Notes: a model not told the origin generated them from the letters alone. DNA of 64,000 bases from Ascidiella aspersa (GCA_963924565.1 OZ004612.1:23560001-23624000); one strand, 5' to 3'. Shown: positions 25,256 through 39,200, numbered from the stretch's first letter. Numbers and translations: made by a program.

Positions 25256-28200
25256 TCACTTCCAACGTGGTCTATTGGACAATTTAGCATTAGGACACAT
25301 TCCTTGTATAATGTATAAGTTGTCCACGTCAACGATTCCTTTCGAGTGTACACCCTTCGTTGCAACAATGCGAATCTGAAAAACAGGTTTAAGTGGTTAT
25401 TGGGCTAATATTTCTCCTTTGCAACAAATCTCTACAAAACCTAGAACGTAAATGACATAACTTGGAAATAGTGGGCTGTGATAAAATTTCTGCTAAGGAC
25501 CCTTTCGTTTCGAATGCAAACATTTATTCAAGCCACAAAAGAATAAATCGCCAGCAAAAAAATAGTAAAAATGATAAGCTTCATCATTTTTACCTAAAAT
25601 TTGTACCAATTCTTTGAACAAGGGTGGATCTTTTAGAATTTTGTTTGATAGGTCTTTGAATTTTTTTAAAAACGACGTCACAAAGTTACGTCATGTTTAA
25701 TGTAACCCGTAGAAACCTTTTGTTTCTTGTCGAACTCGTGTCCAAATCAGTGTCCAATTTTAACTTCAAAATCCTTCGAAGGAGATTACGCGAAGCTCGA
25801 ACATTTTAAACTCATTTTAATTAAACTGGCAAAACATTTAATCTTTAGTAGGAGAATGAATTAAATTTATCGTTTTTATTAAGGCTGCCAAACCGTTTAA
25901 ATAAGGTATATAATGACGATGTTGTGTTTATATTTTAAAACAGTAAATATTTTGCGGCAAATTTGTACTAAAAGATTACTCGCAAAGCGCTTTAGAAGAT
26001 AAAAGGCAAATAAGCTTCCAGTAAAGCGCAAAACTATTTGCCTTAAGTACGCAAAATGGCCCAAAAATATAGTATGGATGAGACCATGTCATCCATGGTT
26101 GTTAAAATAAATTACCCATAATTGCAGTGGCGTAGCTAGCCGAAAATTTTTTGGGGGGCCAAAAAGTTTGGACTTTTTTGTTTAGCTTTTGTCACTGTAT
26201 TAACTTCCGTAACGAACACAATAACAATGCTAGCAAACCGTTTCGAGCAGCAACTGACCGAGTGTTAAACGCAATACCCAAAGCCATTAAAAGAGAAAAA
26301 ACTGTCTAAAAGTAGTAAAACTACATTAATATAGCAAACGTAATATTAACTACATAGTTTGTGACGTAACAATGCATAACAATTAAAGGTGCTGTATATC
26401 TATGATCGAATGTTGTGGTACTACTCATGAATGCTAAAAAAAAAATTATTAGGAATATTTTTTTATAAATTTTGGGGGGGCCATGGCCCCCCAGGCCCTA
26501 CCCTGGCTACGCCTATGCATAGTTGGTAGTTCGTGCTTAAAACAACGTCGTATAATTTAGAGATACCATTCCGGTCACTTAAAACATCCTAAAAAAAACT
26601 ATGCTTACCATTACCACCGACTTGCTGTCGACCTGCACGTATTTGTGCTTCCACGTTTTCTGCTGCCTCCTCATTTCAGCCAGAGGCCTAAAGTCGGCGA
26701 GCACGGTCAGCCTGTCGCCAGCCACTGGGATCCGGTAGGACAAATGCACGCAAAAGCAGCCCCTTAACTCGTGTCTTGTGTGGAGGCTGACCTTGTCGCC
26801 AGCGTGGAATCCATAGCAGCCCATTCGCATGTGATAATTTCCTGCGATTCCGGAAAAAAAAGGTGTAACAGAGAGCCAACAGCAAACCCTAAGACCGAAT
26901 TATAATCGAGGTGCTCTCGTTACTATGTTTTCAATCCTACATTGACGTTTATAAAATCCATTGCAAATTGTTTTAATCGTGCTGTTGTTTCTCGCGTTTT
27001 TTCTATTATTTTTTCCTTTATACTATGAGCGTTGGCGTCAATTCACCTTGTAGAAGGCGAGGTGAACATAGGTTGCGAATAGGTGGAGAAGAAATATAAT
27101 TGCCAGTCGAGCTGTTTTCATTAATATTATGCTTAGTAACAACAGTTTATTTATTTATGGGGTTAGTTTAGCTGCATAGTTTTATTTGGCCTTGAAGCAA
27201 TTTTGGTTAGACCCCTGGTTTAAGACCTACGGTCAGAGAAGGTATTTGCTTTGTGCATCGTTTGAAAAGAACATGTAATATTACATTTTGAAGAACATTA
27301 TTATTTATGACATGCATTTGTGCGGTGAAGGCGTGATTTTACGATTTTTAAAGATTTTTTTATAGAGATTTTAAAAGACAAATTTGTTTACCAGGCAAAT
27401 GTCAGAATTCATAAAATGATTTGGTTACCATCGTTATTGAGGTACAGTTCACCTTTCACTGTTTATCCAAATAATATGCTTTCATTCAAAACGATGTCGT
27501 AAAAAAATCCTAAAGACGAATATAGGTTTTATAGACAAAAAAGCAAAATACCATACGTAATGGTTTTTCTGTGTTTTTCTGTGAAATTGTATCCACCTTT
27601 ATTTAGGAAACATATATATCCACGGTAAATATCTAATTCATGTCATCCTCATTTCTTTTTTTAAATACGTTGTTCAATGGCATTCTTCCCAAGATTAACC
27701 ATCAAACCCGTATAATAATAAGCTGAGTACAATTTACCGTATGTCTTTTGATAGACCGATCCCTCGATCACCCTTCTCCATTTAGGATGTCGTCGGTAGC
27801 TCCTCTTTTTTCGGTATCCTCCAAGTCCTCCCCAACGACCCGTGTTCATCCAACCGTTCGTGCTAGTCGAACCGAACGACAGTCGATACCCTGCATTTTT
27901 TTAGTTGTATATATACCAGTGGAACTGGAGAGCTGCACCGATTGCAGCGTAAGTACATGTTTGACCTTGACTTTATCTTAAACCCTTTTGTTTTGCTGTT
28001 TAAGGAGGCGCGCAATGGGACGTTGCATAATGCCAGATGATGTGCAAAACTATATCACCACAAGTAATAGGCAATTGGCAGCATTTGCAACAGTTTACAT
28101 CACAGTCAAGTCAAAACAACTCAGTTACAATTTAAATCATTTGTAAACAAAATAGCAAGACAACTTCCAGTCCAAGACAACCAAGTCAAAAATATTTTAG

Positions 28201-31200
28201 CATTGTCAGTGCAAGCTTAATTTATGTCATCAACATCTTTATAAAATGTTTAACTATACTGTAATTCAGTATTTCCCAACCTTTTTCAGTTTGCGAACCC
28301 CCTTTTTTATTGTGCGACCCACAATGAGATATGACTAAACGAATAAAAAACAAATTAATGAGGAAATAAGATTAGCATTTACATAAAACCTGTATCTTTA
28401 CTGACATTTAGAAAATGCTTCGCGACCCATCAGAAATAGCTTCGCGACCCACCATTGGATCGCGACCCACTGGTTGGGAAGCACTGCTGTAATTGGATAA
28501 CCTACTATTCTGAGCAATAGTTTGAATAGCATAATATGCAAACCTATATCATACAGCAAACAAACTGTTACCTTGCAAAAAACTCAATTTTACCGAAAAA
28601 CTCTTTAGTGAAAAAACACTCAACTTTTTGCCATAATATTTCAGTTATATATTTTTCAAGATATTTTAGTTTTCATTGACGCAGCACTATATTTGCAATG
28701 AGCCTATTTCTGGCTTTTTTTTTTTTTGCTTTATTTTTGCATGAAAAAACACGTCTTTTTCTGATAATTATCCATATTTTCTGTGAAATATTCAAACATA
28801 ATTTTTGTTATGTAAAACAACTGAGAATGACCATTTTTTTAAGAAAACGAAACTGTTCGATGTTTATTGGTTTAATTTTTGTTAGGGGTTCCAATTGATT
28901 CCAGTCTAATGAGGCTATGTTTATGCGTGCTGCGCATAAATTTTGGAATGCAATGGGATAGCGTTGTCGTGCCAGATTTCCAAAGTGCGATCGTTTGCAA
29001 GACTTGTTTTTAAGCGGCCTCGTTAAGTAAATTAGGTTCGTGTGCAAGTTTTGTCACGTGGCAATCAGCGTTGCATTGGCTATTAGCTGAAGAAAGCGTA
29101 TTGTCAGCACGTGTCAGTTTTCCTAAACGGCCATAGCGACGGTACGTTACGCATTTGATTACGCGCCAAATCGTGCACTGACGCACTTTTCGTTATGCAA
29201 CGCAAAAAGTCCTTTGCCTGATGCGGTGGTTTCCAAAGTTTTGTGATTCGTTGTTTTTTGGAGAACAGCTTTCCACGCGTAGTCCGAGCTTATCGAAAAT
29301 ATGTATAGAGATTAGGATATTATCGTTAGTCGTTTCTTTTTTTCTATATTATCGTACGTTATTTTTGGCTCGTAAAATAGTAAACGAAAAGAAGCTTGAG
29401 TGAAATTTAAATGATTTTAACCTCATTAGATTCGTCTAAGGCAGGTCTCCAACCTATGGGTCGCGAACCCATATGGGGTCACGAAAGGCCTTTTATAACG
29501 CCGCAATCTCTAAAAAATTCCTGCTGTTTGAATGGTTTCATTGCGTTAGAGGTTTAAAAGAACGCAATGAGTATATCAAAAATGTTAAAACAAATTAACA
29601 ATTCGTGTTTCACGCGTTGGCGTTATAAACATATGCTAATTTTTACTTCTGATTTGGTAACACATGTTTAGCCAAATTTATCAGAAGCATATTAATTATT
29701 ATCAATCGCTCGTGTAATTCACTGTCAGCATTATTTAAATAAGGTTTGGTTAATTAGGGTTGGTTAATAAACAGCTTGGAGACCACTCGTCGAAAGCCTA
29801 AGGTCTCACAAAGGGGCATCCTAAAACCTCCGTTTAATTCCCTCTATCGACTTATACTGGAGATAAATGGGACATAAAGTTAAGTAAGATTCAAAAATAT
29901 AAAGGTATCCATGAGACTAAACAATTACTAGTAAAAACTCTTACTGTAAAGTGGCACCCTTGTGTAGTCGGAATACTTGCACGAGCCCACAACTTTATTG
30001 ACGGGTCTGTCAATGGGATAAGGTCGTTTGATCCCGACTACCCCAGGCGAAAATTGTATTGCAGTTGTCCTTGGTGTTGCTCTTGTGGTTACCAAAACAT
30101 TTCTGTTTGTTTCCGCTAAGGTTGTTGGCAAAGTTGCCTTTATTGTACTGGATCTTGGTTGTTGTGTAGTTTTTTCTGAAGTTGTTGGGAGAGTAGCTTC
30201 TTCTGTAGTTGTTAAATCTGTTTCTGTTGTAGTTGCTACATATGGTTGTTCTGTAGCGGCTAAAATTCCTTCTTCTGTAAATGCTACATATGGTGTTTCA
30301 GTAGTCGTTGACATTTTTTCTGTAGTTGCTACGTATGGAAATTCTGTAGTCGATGTAATTTTTTCTGTAGTTGTTACATACGGTAATTCTGTGGTCGTTA
30401 AAGTAATTTTCTCTGTAATTGCTACGTATGGCACTTCTCTGGTCGTCACGAATGGTTCTCTAGTGGTTGTTGCAATGGTTTCTTCAATGTTTGTTGCAAG
30501 AGTGTTTGCTATATTTGGTGCTATTCGCTCCCCTGGAGCCGTTGTTGATGTTGCTGGCAATAACGCAAGTGGACAAACAATGGTCGTTTTGATATCTGTT
30601 TCGAAGATGGCGAATGATGTAACCGCTGATGCCCTAAAGAGAATGGATCTTACTTCCACTATTTGCTTATGTTAGTATATAGTTACTATTTATATGTGTT
30701 TTATTATTTGGCTGTAAAATTAACATACACACTTGCAATACACTAGCCATACCATAAAGCAGGGGTGTCCAACTCAAACATGCCGACGTGCCAATTTTTA
30801 TCTTATAACTTCTTCCCGTGCCAAAATTTAGCAACTTTTTTTTTTCTAATGTTAAATGCGGTTTTATACAAAAAATAAAAACAGTATAGTGTTATAATAT
30901 CAGAAGTAATTGTTTGTTGTCGTAATTTGCTGGGATTGTTTTGTATTGTGAATAAACAATGACAATTGGCTGTATAACAAATTTAGCTTTTTCGGCAATT
31001 GGCGAAATAACAAATTAAGTATTTTTGGTGGGCTAGCGTGCTATTTTTTATTAGGTCGCGTGCCACATTTGGCACGCGTGTCTCATATTGGACACCCCTG
31101 CCATAAAGCATACATACTACATATCAGCCTTCTATGACGTATTCTGGATTGCATGTAATTAGAAAAGCTTTGTTTATACAAGCAAAGGAATGTAGAAACG

Positions 31201-32318
31201 ATTGATACAAAAATTATTTTACTTAGCCTTTAACAACTTCAATGTATGCACTGAACTATAACTCAGACAAGAATATGGCACTAAATTTTGTTTTCGGGGC
31301 ACATAATTCCCAGGTTGTTTTACAATGTCAAGTCGACGAGGTTCCTTTTCTAACAGACGCTTAACAATGTCAGAAATCGCACTTACATAACTGTCAGATT
31401 TTCGCTGCAAGGCCCTGGCGGCGACTTCCACCTAGCAGTCACCGTTCTTCGTGCTACTTTGCCGTTTGAGTGCGTAAAAGCGCTGTCGGTTTTGCTGAAG
31501 CAATCTATCAGCTTGTAATTGGGCGGGGGATCCACAAAATTGCCAACCGTTGATCCACTGCTGTCACGAACTTGGATAAAGATGCCTTTGATTTCCTCGA
31601 CTCCAGCCACCGTGACTGCGATATTAGCGAACATGTTAAATTTGTGTCCAGAATTCCAAAAGTTGTTCGGGATGGTTAAATTCAAAAATCAAAAGTCTGT
31701 CATAACCGACGATATTTTGAAAATTAATGCTGTATTTGTGTCACAAGAAGTACACCGGTGAAATGAGCACGGTTGTGCAAAAGCTTGTGACAATTTCAAT
31801 ACAATTTGTAAAAAAACAAATTTGCCACCTGATTTCCAGACTTAGAAATGGAAAATTAAGGCTATCAACAAAGATTAAGGCTATCATAAAAGAGAATAAA
31901 AAAGTACGCATTGACACTAAACACTCAATAAATTATATATATTTTTTTCGTTAACATAAATAATTTTAAAACAATTGAAACTATTATTTTAACATTGTGT
32001 GGGCTATTTCGGAACATTTACGAAAATAACAAAAATTTGCCTTGATTGAAACCAATTAAAAAAATTAATTTCAACACGGTTAAACACTTTTCGGCTGGTT
32101 GCTCACGATTTTACACTTTGCTAAAGAAAATATTACTTACTTAGGTATAGGTCGTTCATTGGGGCCACCGCGATAGAGAACCCCAGCTTTTGCGGTTTGT
32201 GGCCCTCCTCTATGTGTCCCGAAGGTTCCATCGATCGGCAGGCGGCTAGCGGGGCACCGGTTCTGTAGGCCGACGCTGCTTTTACGGCGATCACAAGTAA
32301 CAGGCCGGCAACCAGCAT
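25256..32318 (-). CDS. Secreted protein (~533 aa): signal peptide, Reeler domain, Thr-rich mucin-like repeats and a C-terminal MAM-like domain
   Basis: Exons (minus): 32318-32141 (MLVAGLLLVIAVKAASA-YRTGAPLAACRSMEPSGH), 31615-31387 (KGIFIQVR...GNF...KLIDC...AFTHS...TARWKSP), 30633-29945, 27890-27738, 26841-26609 (GNYH...CFCVHLSY...LTV...W), 25375-25256 (IRIVATKG...GIVDVDNLYIIQGMC...TGA). Phases join over 1602 nt. The donor at 29945 is the least certain site. Confidence 0.8.
26125..26517. mobile_element. hAT MITE (CAGTGGCGTAGC family)
   Basis: TIR cagtggcgtagc / gctacgcctatg with TSD CATAATTG/CATAGTTG. Confidence 0.8.
28267..28486. mobile_element. hAT MITE (cgcgaccc repeats)
   Basis: TIR cagtatttcccaacc / ggttgggaagcactg with exact 8-bp TSD CTGTAATT. 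Confidence 0.88.
30200..30480 (-). repeat. Coding minisatellite encoding mucin-like TTE-x-PYV-x-TT repeats
   Basis: About five degenerate 16-17 aa units (PYVAITEK, PYVTTTEK, PYVATTEK, PYVAFTEE, PYVATTTE). Confidence 0.85.
30760..31100. mobile_element. hAT (Buster-like) MITE
   Basis: TIR caggggtgtccaa / ttggacacccctg with exact 8-bp TSD CCATAAAG. Confidence 0.9.
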
Positions 32319-32674
32319 TTTGAGCAACAAGGAGATTTGCAGCAGTGTATAGATTAAACCTAAAACAATTACTTAGTTAGACTTTTATAGTTGCTACCGC
32401 CGTTAACATTTGGTTGCAAGAGCTTTTTGTCGACCTTTAAGTTGCCAAGTCTTGTTATCAACATTTTAGTTGCCAAGTCTTTTTATTGTATAGTCTTTTG
32501 ACCCTTTACGTTGGAACGAGTACACAGAACATTTCTGGTTGTCTGTTGCGGCACGTATTTCTGAAGCTAAAATGTTTTTGCAATAAGGTTTGACTGTTTT
32601 ACTAAACAAGTTGTTTCGTAACCCTCACACTATGCAGCAAAACAATATATCACAATACTGTCAGTTATCTAATG

Positions 32675-32905
32675 CAGTGCTTCTTAAACTTTTTTAGTTT
32701 TGTGTACCCCTCGTATCTATCTTCAGATTTTATTCACCCTTGTCTCATGATATGATAAAACTATCCCGTCTATATACAACAGCACTAAATGACTAGGTTG
32801 TTTCACCAGCTATCATCCATTTTTGACGGTTTACCCTTATTCACCGCTGCAAAAAAGTAGGCTATTCACCCCGGGGTGAACCATTCACCTGATTAAGAAA
32901 CACTG
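32675..32905. mobile_element. hAT MITE
   Basis: TIR cagtgcttcttaa / ttaagaaacactg with exact 8-bp TSD ATCTAATG. Confidence 0.88.
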
Positions 32906-33410
32906 ATCTAATGGATTCAAGTATTGTAATATTGTCTGTTAGCTATAATGGATTCAAGTGCATGACTTCCTGCATAACATTTTAAGTACGAATAATTGAG
33001 TAATCTTAATTGTACCACAAGTTTTGCGTCAGATTTTGCAATTTCTCAAAGCACAGAATAGTTGCCGCGGCAAACATTTGGAAATCACTGCCCTACAGAG
33101 TGTTGGCCCCAATTTGTGAATGCATTGGCTTAAGCTATTTATTTTTGGTACGTCTACATGCAGAAAAATGTTATTTCGTTAATTACGTTCCACACGTAAT
33201 AGACTAAGAAGATCGAGCATAAAACCATGTACAAACATAACGCAGCACGTATTTGATAAGGTGCACAGCTATCACAAATACGGTGTAAAAACCGACGAAA
33301 ACACACAGTCAATTTTCACTATTTTTAACAAACATAGGCGTTAATATTTTCCCTATACCTTTATTTTATGACCAGGTGGCGAAATATCCAAAAGTTATTG
33401 CAAACATGCT

Positions 33411-34383
33411 TAGGGATGTTCAAAGTAGAATATCGAATCCTTGGATTCAAATCCAGATGGGATTCGAATCCAATTCTGCCGTTTATTTCGGGTAATTGGA
33501 ACTGATATAATTTTATGTTTTACCGCCGATCGTTGCGCCTAATTGTACAAACGCGTGTGGTAAGTTGGCCTGTCGCCGCGGTGACCAATTTATAGTGCTT
33601 GCTTTAAACGTAACCTGGTAGTGCAGTGTCAGCGTTATTTCGGGCGACCAATTACTGCGTCTCGCGATAACGTTCGTCTAATAATTAAGCGTCAATCAAG
33701 CGTTATTGGGCGAGCGACTAACGAGTAATGTCTGGTGTGAAGTTCGCAATTTCCCTAAATGCGTTAAGTTGCAAAAGTAATATTACGTTGTAAAACGTGC
33801 TGGCCGTGCACAAAATGCGCTTTAGGGTTACTTAAGGTCAACTTTAGGCTAATATTCAGCTAGATTATGCAGTTATGCACAGCGTAATTGTCAAGAATTC
33901 GTTATGTCAATAGTAACTTTGTATTCTTTGCAGTACATTATTTGACTGCATAACAGATCATGTTAGTCAAAAAAGAAGCACTAAAACCCAACAATGCTTT
34001 AAAAAACAGGATCGAATTGCTTAAGACTTCTGTGTGCAGTGTTTCATTGTACTCACTATTGGCAAAAATATAAGTTTTGGCAACAACCTGGACAGTTGAT
34101 ATAATACAGTTTACAGAACTGCTTCAAATGACAGTTGTTCAGAATGTTAAACATATGGGAGATTTTTTTATTATAATGTACACATGTTAGCAAATTGTTT
34201 GGGCGATTTATTGCTGTGATTGTAGGCCCTGTGGGGTAGATTAAGATTAATCCCTTCCCCAAACAAAACCAAGGTTAGATAATTTAATAAAAATATACTA
34301 GGATTCGCTATTCTGGATTCGTTATTCTAGATTCGAAACCTATTATTCTAGAATACCTTGGGATTCTACTTTGAACATCCCTA
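33411..34383. mobile_element. ~970-bp non-autonomous hAT-like element, copy 1 of 3
   Basis: 21-bp TIR tagggatgttcaaagtagaat with exact 8-bp TSD AACATGCT. Highly similar to 44212-45171 and 55526-55887. Confidence 0.93.
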
Positions 34384-36302
34384 AACATGCTATAACTTTT
34401 TATCACAAACTATATAATTTACAGGTATCAATAGACGATAGCAATTACACGATGCCTGTAACTAGAAGCATTATTTTCAATAATTTGTGATAACAAATTT
34501 TAGGAGATAGTGGATAAACCTAAATTAGTTAGATAACAATTTAAAATTGGTTCCGGCACGATTTAACAAAATGTGCTATTATTTTCCATTTCCATAACGT
34601 TTTCTGTAATACAATTTTAATTCGTCATAACAGAGCTTGTCAAACACCGATCACATAATGAAAGTGTCGCAAAATGTTGCTTATATATTTCGTTCATTTC
34701 TTTAAAAATTCTCACAAAATCTTGTTCTTGTACAACAAAAAAAACCTTGATTTAAAAGGATTTTTACAAGCTATACAGATTATAACTATATGTCACAGCA
34801 CAAATGAAAGCTATACACTACACTGAAAGAGTGGTTCCATTACGAAATAAATATGCGATTTTTTTTTATTTTTAACCTTTAGCCCATAATTTGAAAGAAG
34901 TTTGAGTATGATGACTTTGCGCTATTTCAACTTCGGCACGATACCTCATGTGCATATATGCGGACAAGACGTGATTTGAAATGAACTTCGTGCTATAGAA
35001 ATTGGAGTCGTACGTCAGTCACAGCTAAAAAAAGTCGAATTCGCAAAAATCAGACCCTAACTGGAATTTTGTAACGCAATTCCAGGAATATTACAGCAAA
35101 TAAAAACGTAATACTTTCTGCAAATAGAGATACTTTAATGATATTTGTTCAATTCACGATTTTATGTTGATAGGCCCATCCTAAAGAAGGTCAAACTGAT
35201 CTAATTGCTAATTCTCAATTTTATTGACTTTTTGTCAGTAAACCTTGCAGTGAATTGCAGAGTCCACGGACAATACCAATAAAACTTCGATTTTGTGTAA
35301 GCATCAGTAATCGATGCCAACCGACGCAAAAAAATATGCTGACATGCCTATTTCTAATTTTTATTTACTTTTACAAGACTTTTCATGAGTTTTTTTTTAG
35401 TTTCAATACAGTTGGCCTGGAAGATTTCAGTTGTAGTTTGTTCAGACTAAACGTTTGGGCCCAATCCAAATTTTGTTATTTTTTGGCCAACAAACAACTA
35501 GCAAAAAATACGGTACGCTAAAATCTGCAAAAGCGATCTGCTCGTGCTGATTTAAAACGAAAAATGACATGTGATCAAACTTTAATCAAAGTTCGCCAAC
35601 CATAGAAAATGTTAAACTTTTACTGCGTCCTAGAAGTGCTGTTGTTCGAGTGTTGATTTGACGCTAATGGACCACACCACCTGATTGAGGTCGTTTCAGC
35701 CTGTTGCGAATAGTAAAAATTTTAAATAATTTGTTATTAGAACATGTATAGTCGAGGGGGCAAGACGTCTCCTCCCCACAAACTGTATTTTTTGTTTATT
35801 TTCACTACGTAAATAAAAAAAATCGCGTTTTGTGCGAATCTGGATTGCGTTTCGTAGGTCATCTCGGACTATTTTGATCAATTTGTTTTAGCCCAAAGGT
35901 GTCAATTTGTACAATTAAGTTAAACGATATAAAGGCTTTCTTTATCGCTTCGCGCTAATCGATAACATCTTTGTAATATAGCGTTGTGTTAAAAGTGACA
36001 CTAGCCTACCAACCTAAATCTTCAACAAATGAACGAACTTTTCCAAAGATTACTTCTTGATGACGTCGCGTTTTGACGTAAGTTCATGGCGTCGCGTTTT
36101 GACGTGATTTTGTTACGTGATCTTTAAAAAAACGTCATGGTACGCCCAACCAAATATCTTAGATCCACGCCTGTCTGCCACCATAGTTTTGTAAACAAAT
36201 TTGACATTCGACACAAATTCTATTCTTTTTTTTTGATTAGATACACTTGTAGCCGTAGGTAAAGCTAAGATTGCATTTTGATCACAAAGTTACGTTGTAA
36301 CG

Positions 36303-36593
36303 CAGTGGTTCTTAAACTTATTGAGACACGCTCCCCTTTTACAATTTTAACAAAACTCGCGCCCCACCTTGTTTCAAAATAATAAACATAAAGCAGAACA
36401 GCAATCTCTTTCCAGGTAAGTTGCATTAATGCGAATGATGTAACTGTTTTTTTGATACCAAATGTTTAATTTGAGGATTAGAAGCAAGGAAATATCACTT
36501 CGCCTTAATGTTTAGTCATAATTCACACAGAGTTTGTCAATTTCTGGCGCCCCCCTTGTGAACCTCACACGCCCTCCAATTTAAGAACCACTG
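36303..36593. mobile_element. hAT MITE
   Basis: TIR cagtggttcttaaa / tttaagaaccactg with TSD TTGTAACG/TTATAACG. Confidence 0.82.
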
Positions 36594-37633
36594 TTATAAC
36601 GGGACCGGGACGTAATCATACTAGTAGCCTATAGCCTTTTCGAGTTCGTGTGCATAGGCTATGTGTAATTCAAATCAAGTCCAAACAAAACCTAGATATG
36701 ATGGCGGCTAAGCGTTTGTACGATGACGAAACAAATTATTTTTAGGCCCTCATGGTTTTAAAATTGAAAACATTTTTATATAAATATTCGACGCACTGGA
36801 CTAAGAAAAATGCAAATTGCTCTTATACGTAATGACAACTATTAAAATAAACTATGAAATACAACAAAATTATCATTAAAAAAATGCCAGTTTCCCGTTG
36901 TGTTCACATACGATTTAGTAATCAGATTAGAAAGACGATTTAGGTCTGCATATTAAGAACCGAACACAGAAGAACGGTTGCAAACAAAATGTGTATAGAT
37001 GTCTCGCAAAACATGCCGTTTAAAACTAGCGGTTACACTATTAATCCTATAGTAAGCTTACAAAACGAAAGCAATCGCACCAACAATACAGTATTTTTAA
37101 GTGTATAATATATGTCTTGCTTAATTAGGTAGAAACAAAGAGATTGTAGAAATAATTTGTTAATAGAGTACAGACGATGACCGCGGTTTCTCAGGCGTGG
37201 CATCCTGACAGCCAATAGGACGTCTTCAACCAGTCAGTGGATCATTACCCTTGTAAACAAAAACAATGAAGGCAGTTTAGCGCCGTGAGTTTTGTGAGAC
37301 ATAAACCTCAAAAAATCATTTTTGTAGGACCGATATAGGTATGCGATATTCCTAGATGATGTTTCTGTTGCTGCTGCATTAGCGTACACAGGTAGGACAA
37401 GTATAATTGTGCGAAAAATTAAGCAGGGAGTTTAGAGCTGATTACGTAACGTTGTTTTCATCTAGTTTGAATTCTGTGTCAAGTTCATATCCGAAATTTG
37501 ACCAATATATGTTAACACCCAGAAAATCTAAAAAAAATGAGTTGTGGTAAAATCCAAGCCCAGGTGTTCAAAATAACGTTCTTGTTGCACATTTATAAAT
37601 TTAGTCGGATGCACAATGCACACTACAAAAAAC

Positions 37634-37907
37634 GGCGCTCTTTCACTATTGTACGTAAAAATTAATAAAAAAATTTTTTTTTTCAAATGCCGCATACCAC
37701 AACACATATTGTTTGGGTTAAGGTGCAGGTTAGCGTTTGGGTGAGGGTGGGTCAAGTTATTATTAATAATAAACATAATATTACTTGACCCACCCTCACC
37801 CAAACGCTAACCTGCACCCTAACCCAAACAATATGCGTTGTGGTATGCGGTATTGTTATTTTTTTTTTTTTTGCATAACTTTTCACGTACAATAGTGAAA
37901 GAGCGCC
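37634..37907. mobile_element. Palindromic MITE, Merlin-like (GG termini, 8-bp TSD)
   Basis: ~135-bp imperfect inverted arms ggcgctctttcactattgtacgt... / ...acgtacaatagtgaaagagcgcc with exact TSD CAAAAAAC. Confidence 0.85.
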
Positions 37908-39042
37908 CAAAAAACACCACAAAATGAATATTTTGTTTTCCAATGCATTCCGTTTTTTTTTGCTTGGCTTTGATTATGTTTTTGTCTTCTATCAGCGTCA
38001 TTTAACACCTTCTGTTCTGAAAAAATTAAAACAAGCTGCCAATTGACCCTTTAAATCTTGTGATTGTTCATTGTGAAATTTACAGCTTGATTATAATTGT
38101 GGAATATGTGAAAAGTATGACAAGTGTAACACTATGTTTTCTTAAACAGACCACAAAAACATCTCTCCTACATTTAGCAAATCAACCGATTTTGCACTTT
38201 TCAATCTTTGGTACCCCAGGTTGGAAAGTTATGCTTAGGGTAAATCCCCACGCAGTTTACCGCTCAGCTGCGGTCATAGCCTCGCATTTCATGTAAAACC
38301 AACGTAAAATGCGGTCAGCCACGAAAAATTGCGTCGTGCTAACGGTTTTCAGTCATAGTTCTCCATTTATAGCCGTGCGAATTTTACAAATAGCGTTATT
38401 ACAGCCGCACAAATTTGGGCAGAAATGTTATTACAGCCGTGCAATTTTATGCTGCAAAATCGTCTCCCCCGCGCAAAATCACAAGTTTCCAATCTGGTTG
38501 GTACCCAGATTTATTACATTTATATAAGAACTTCCAAACTGGCATATTGCCTCAGCCCAAAACTATGCATTAACATATTTGATAAACTCTCAGTACAACT
38601 CAAAAAGCTAGTCTGTGTATTACACATTTGTTTTATGTGAAAACAATACCCTTTGTCAAAATGCCCAACGCACTACAACCTCATATTGTATGTAACATTC
38701 AGAAAACTTTTTGTTATTTTTAAATAGTCTTTTCTATGGAGAGAAATTATAACTGAAAAACTGTTACATGGTGGTTTTGTAAGCTTTGTATAACACCCAA
38801 ATTGAAGAACAATTTCCAACACTTTGTATAACATTTTCATCACAAATGTATAAACGATGCTCCTTCTTACTGTCGTATTCGGGTCAAAAAGTTGCAAGAT
38901 CACATGTCCTTAACATTTTATCTACGTAATATGTTAAAAAAGTTTTAAGTCCATTGTCATGAATGAGGTATGCTGATTAATTTTTTTAAACATGTATAGT
39001 GTGACCCTTGATGCTTTTAGTGGACAATTCAATATAACCATA

Positions 39043-39200
39043 GGCACTGGTCTAGAATTCTACCACAGCATTACAAATTATTATTGAAGCAATGTACAAT
39101 ATTTGGGTTAGTATTATTATTTAGCAATATTGCTTAACCTATCCAAACGCTAACCCTAACCCAAATAATGTGGGTTGTGGTAGGATTCTAGACCAGCTCC
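39043..39200. mobile_element. Merlin-like MITE (degenerate relative at ~53929-54123)
   Basis: TIR ggcactggtctagaattctaccaca / tgtggtaggattctagaccagctcc with TSD TAACCATA/TAACCATG. Shares an internal ccaaacgctaacc...ctaacccaaa motif with the 37634 element. Confidence 0.75.

Noticed and set aside
30028-30675. 215-aa Val-rich ORF on the + strand
   Set aside because: It is the antisense shadow of the Thr-rich mucin exon (ACN codons read as Val-rich on the other strand).
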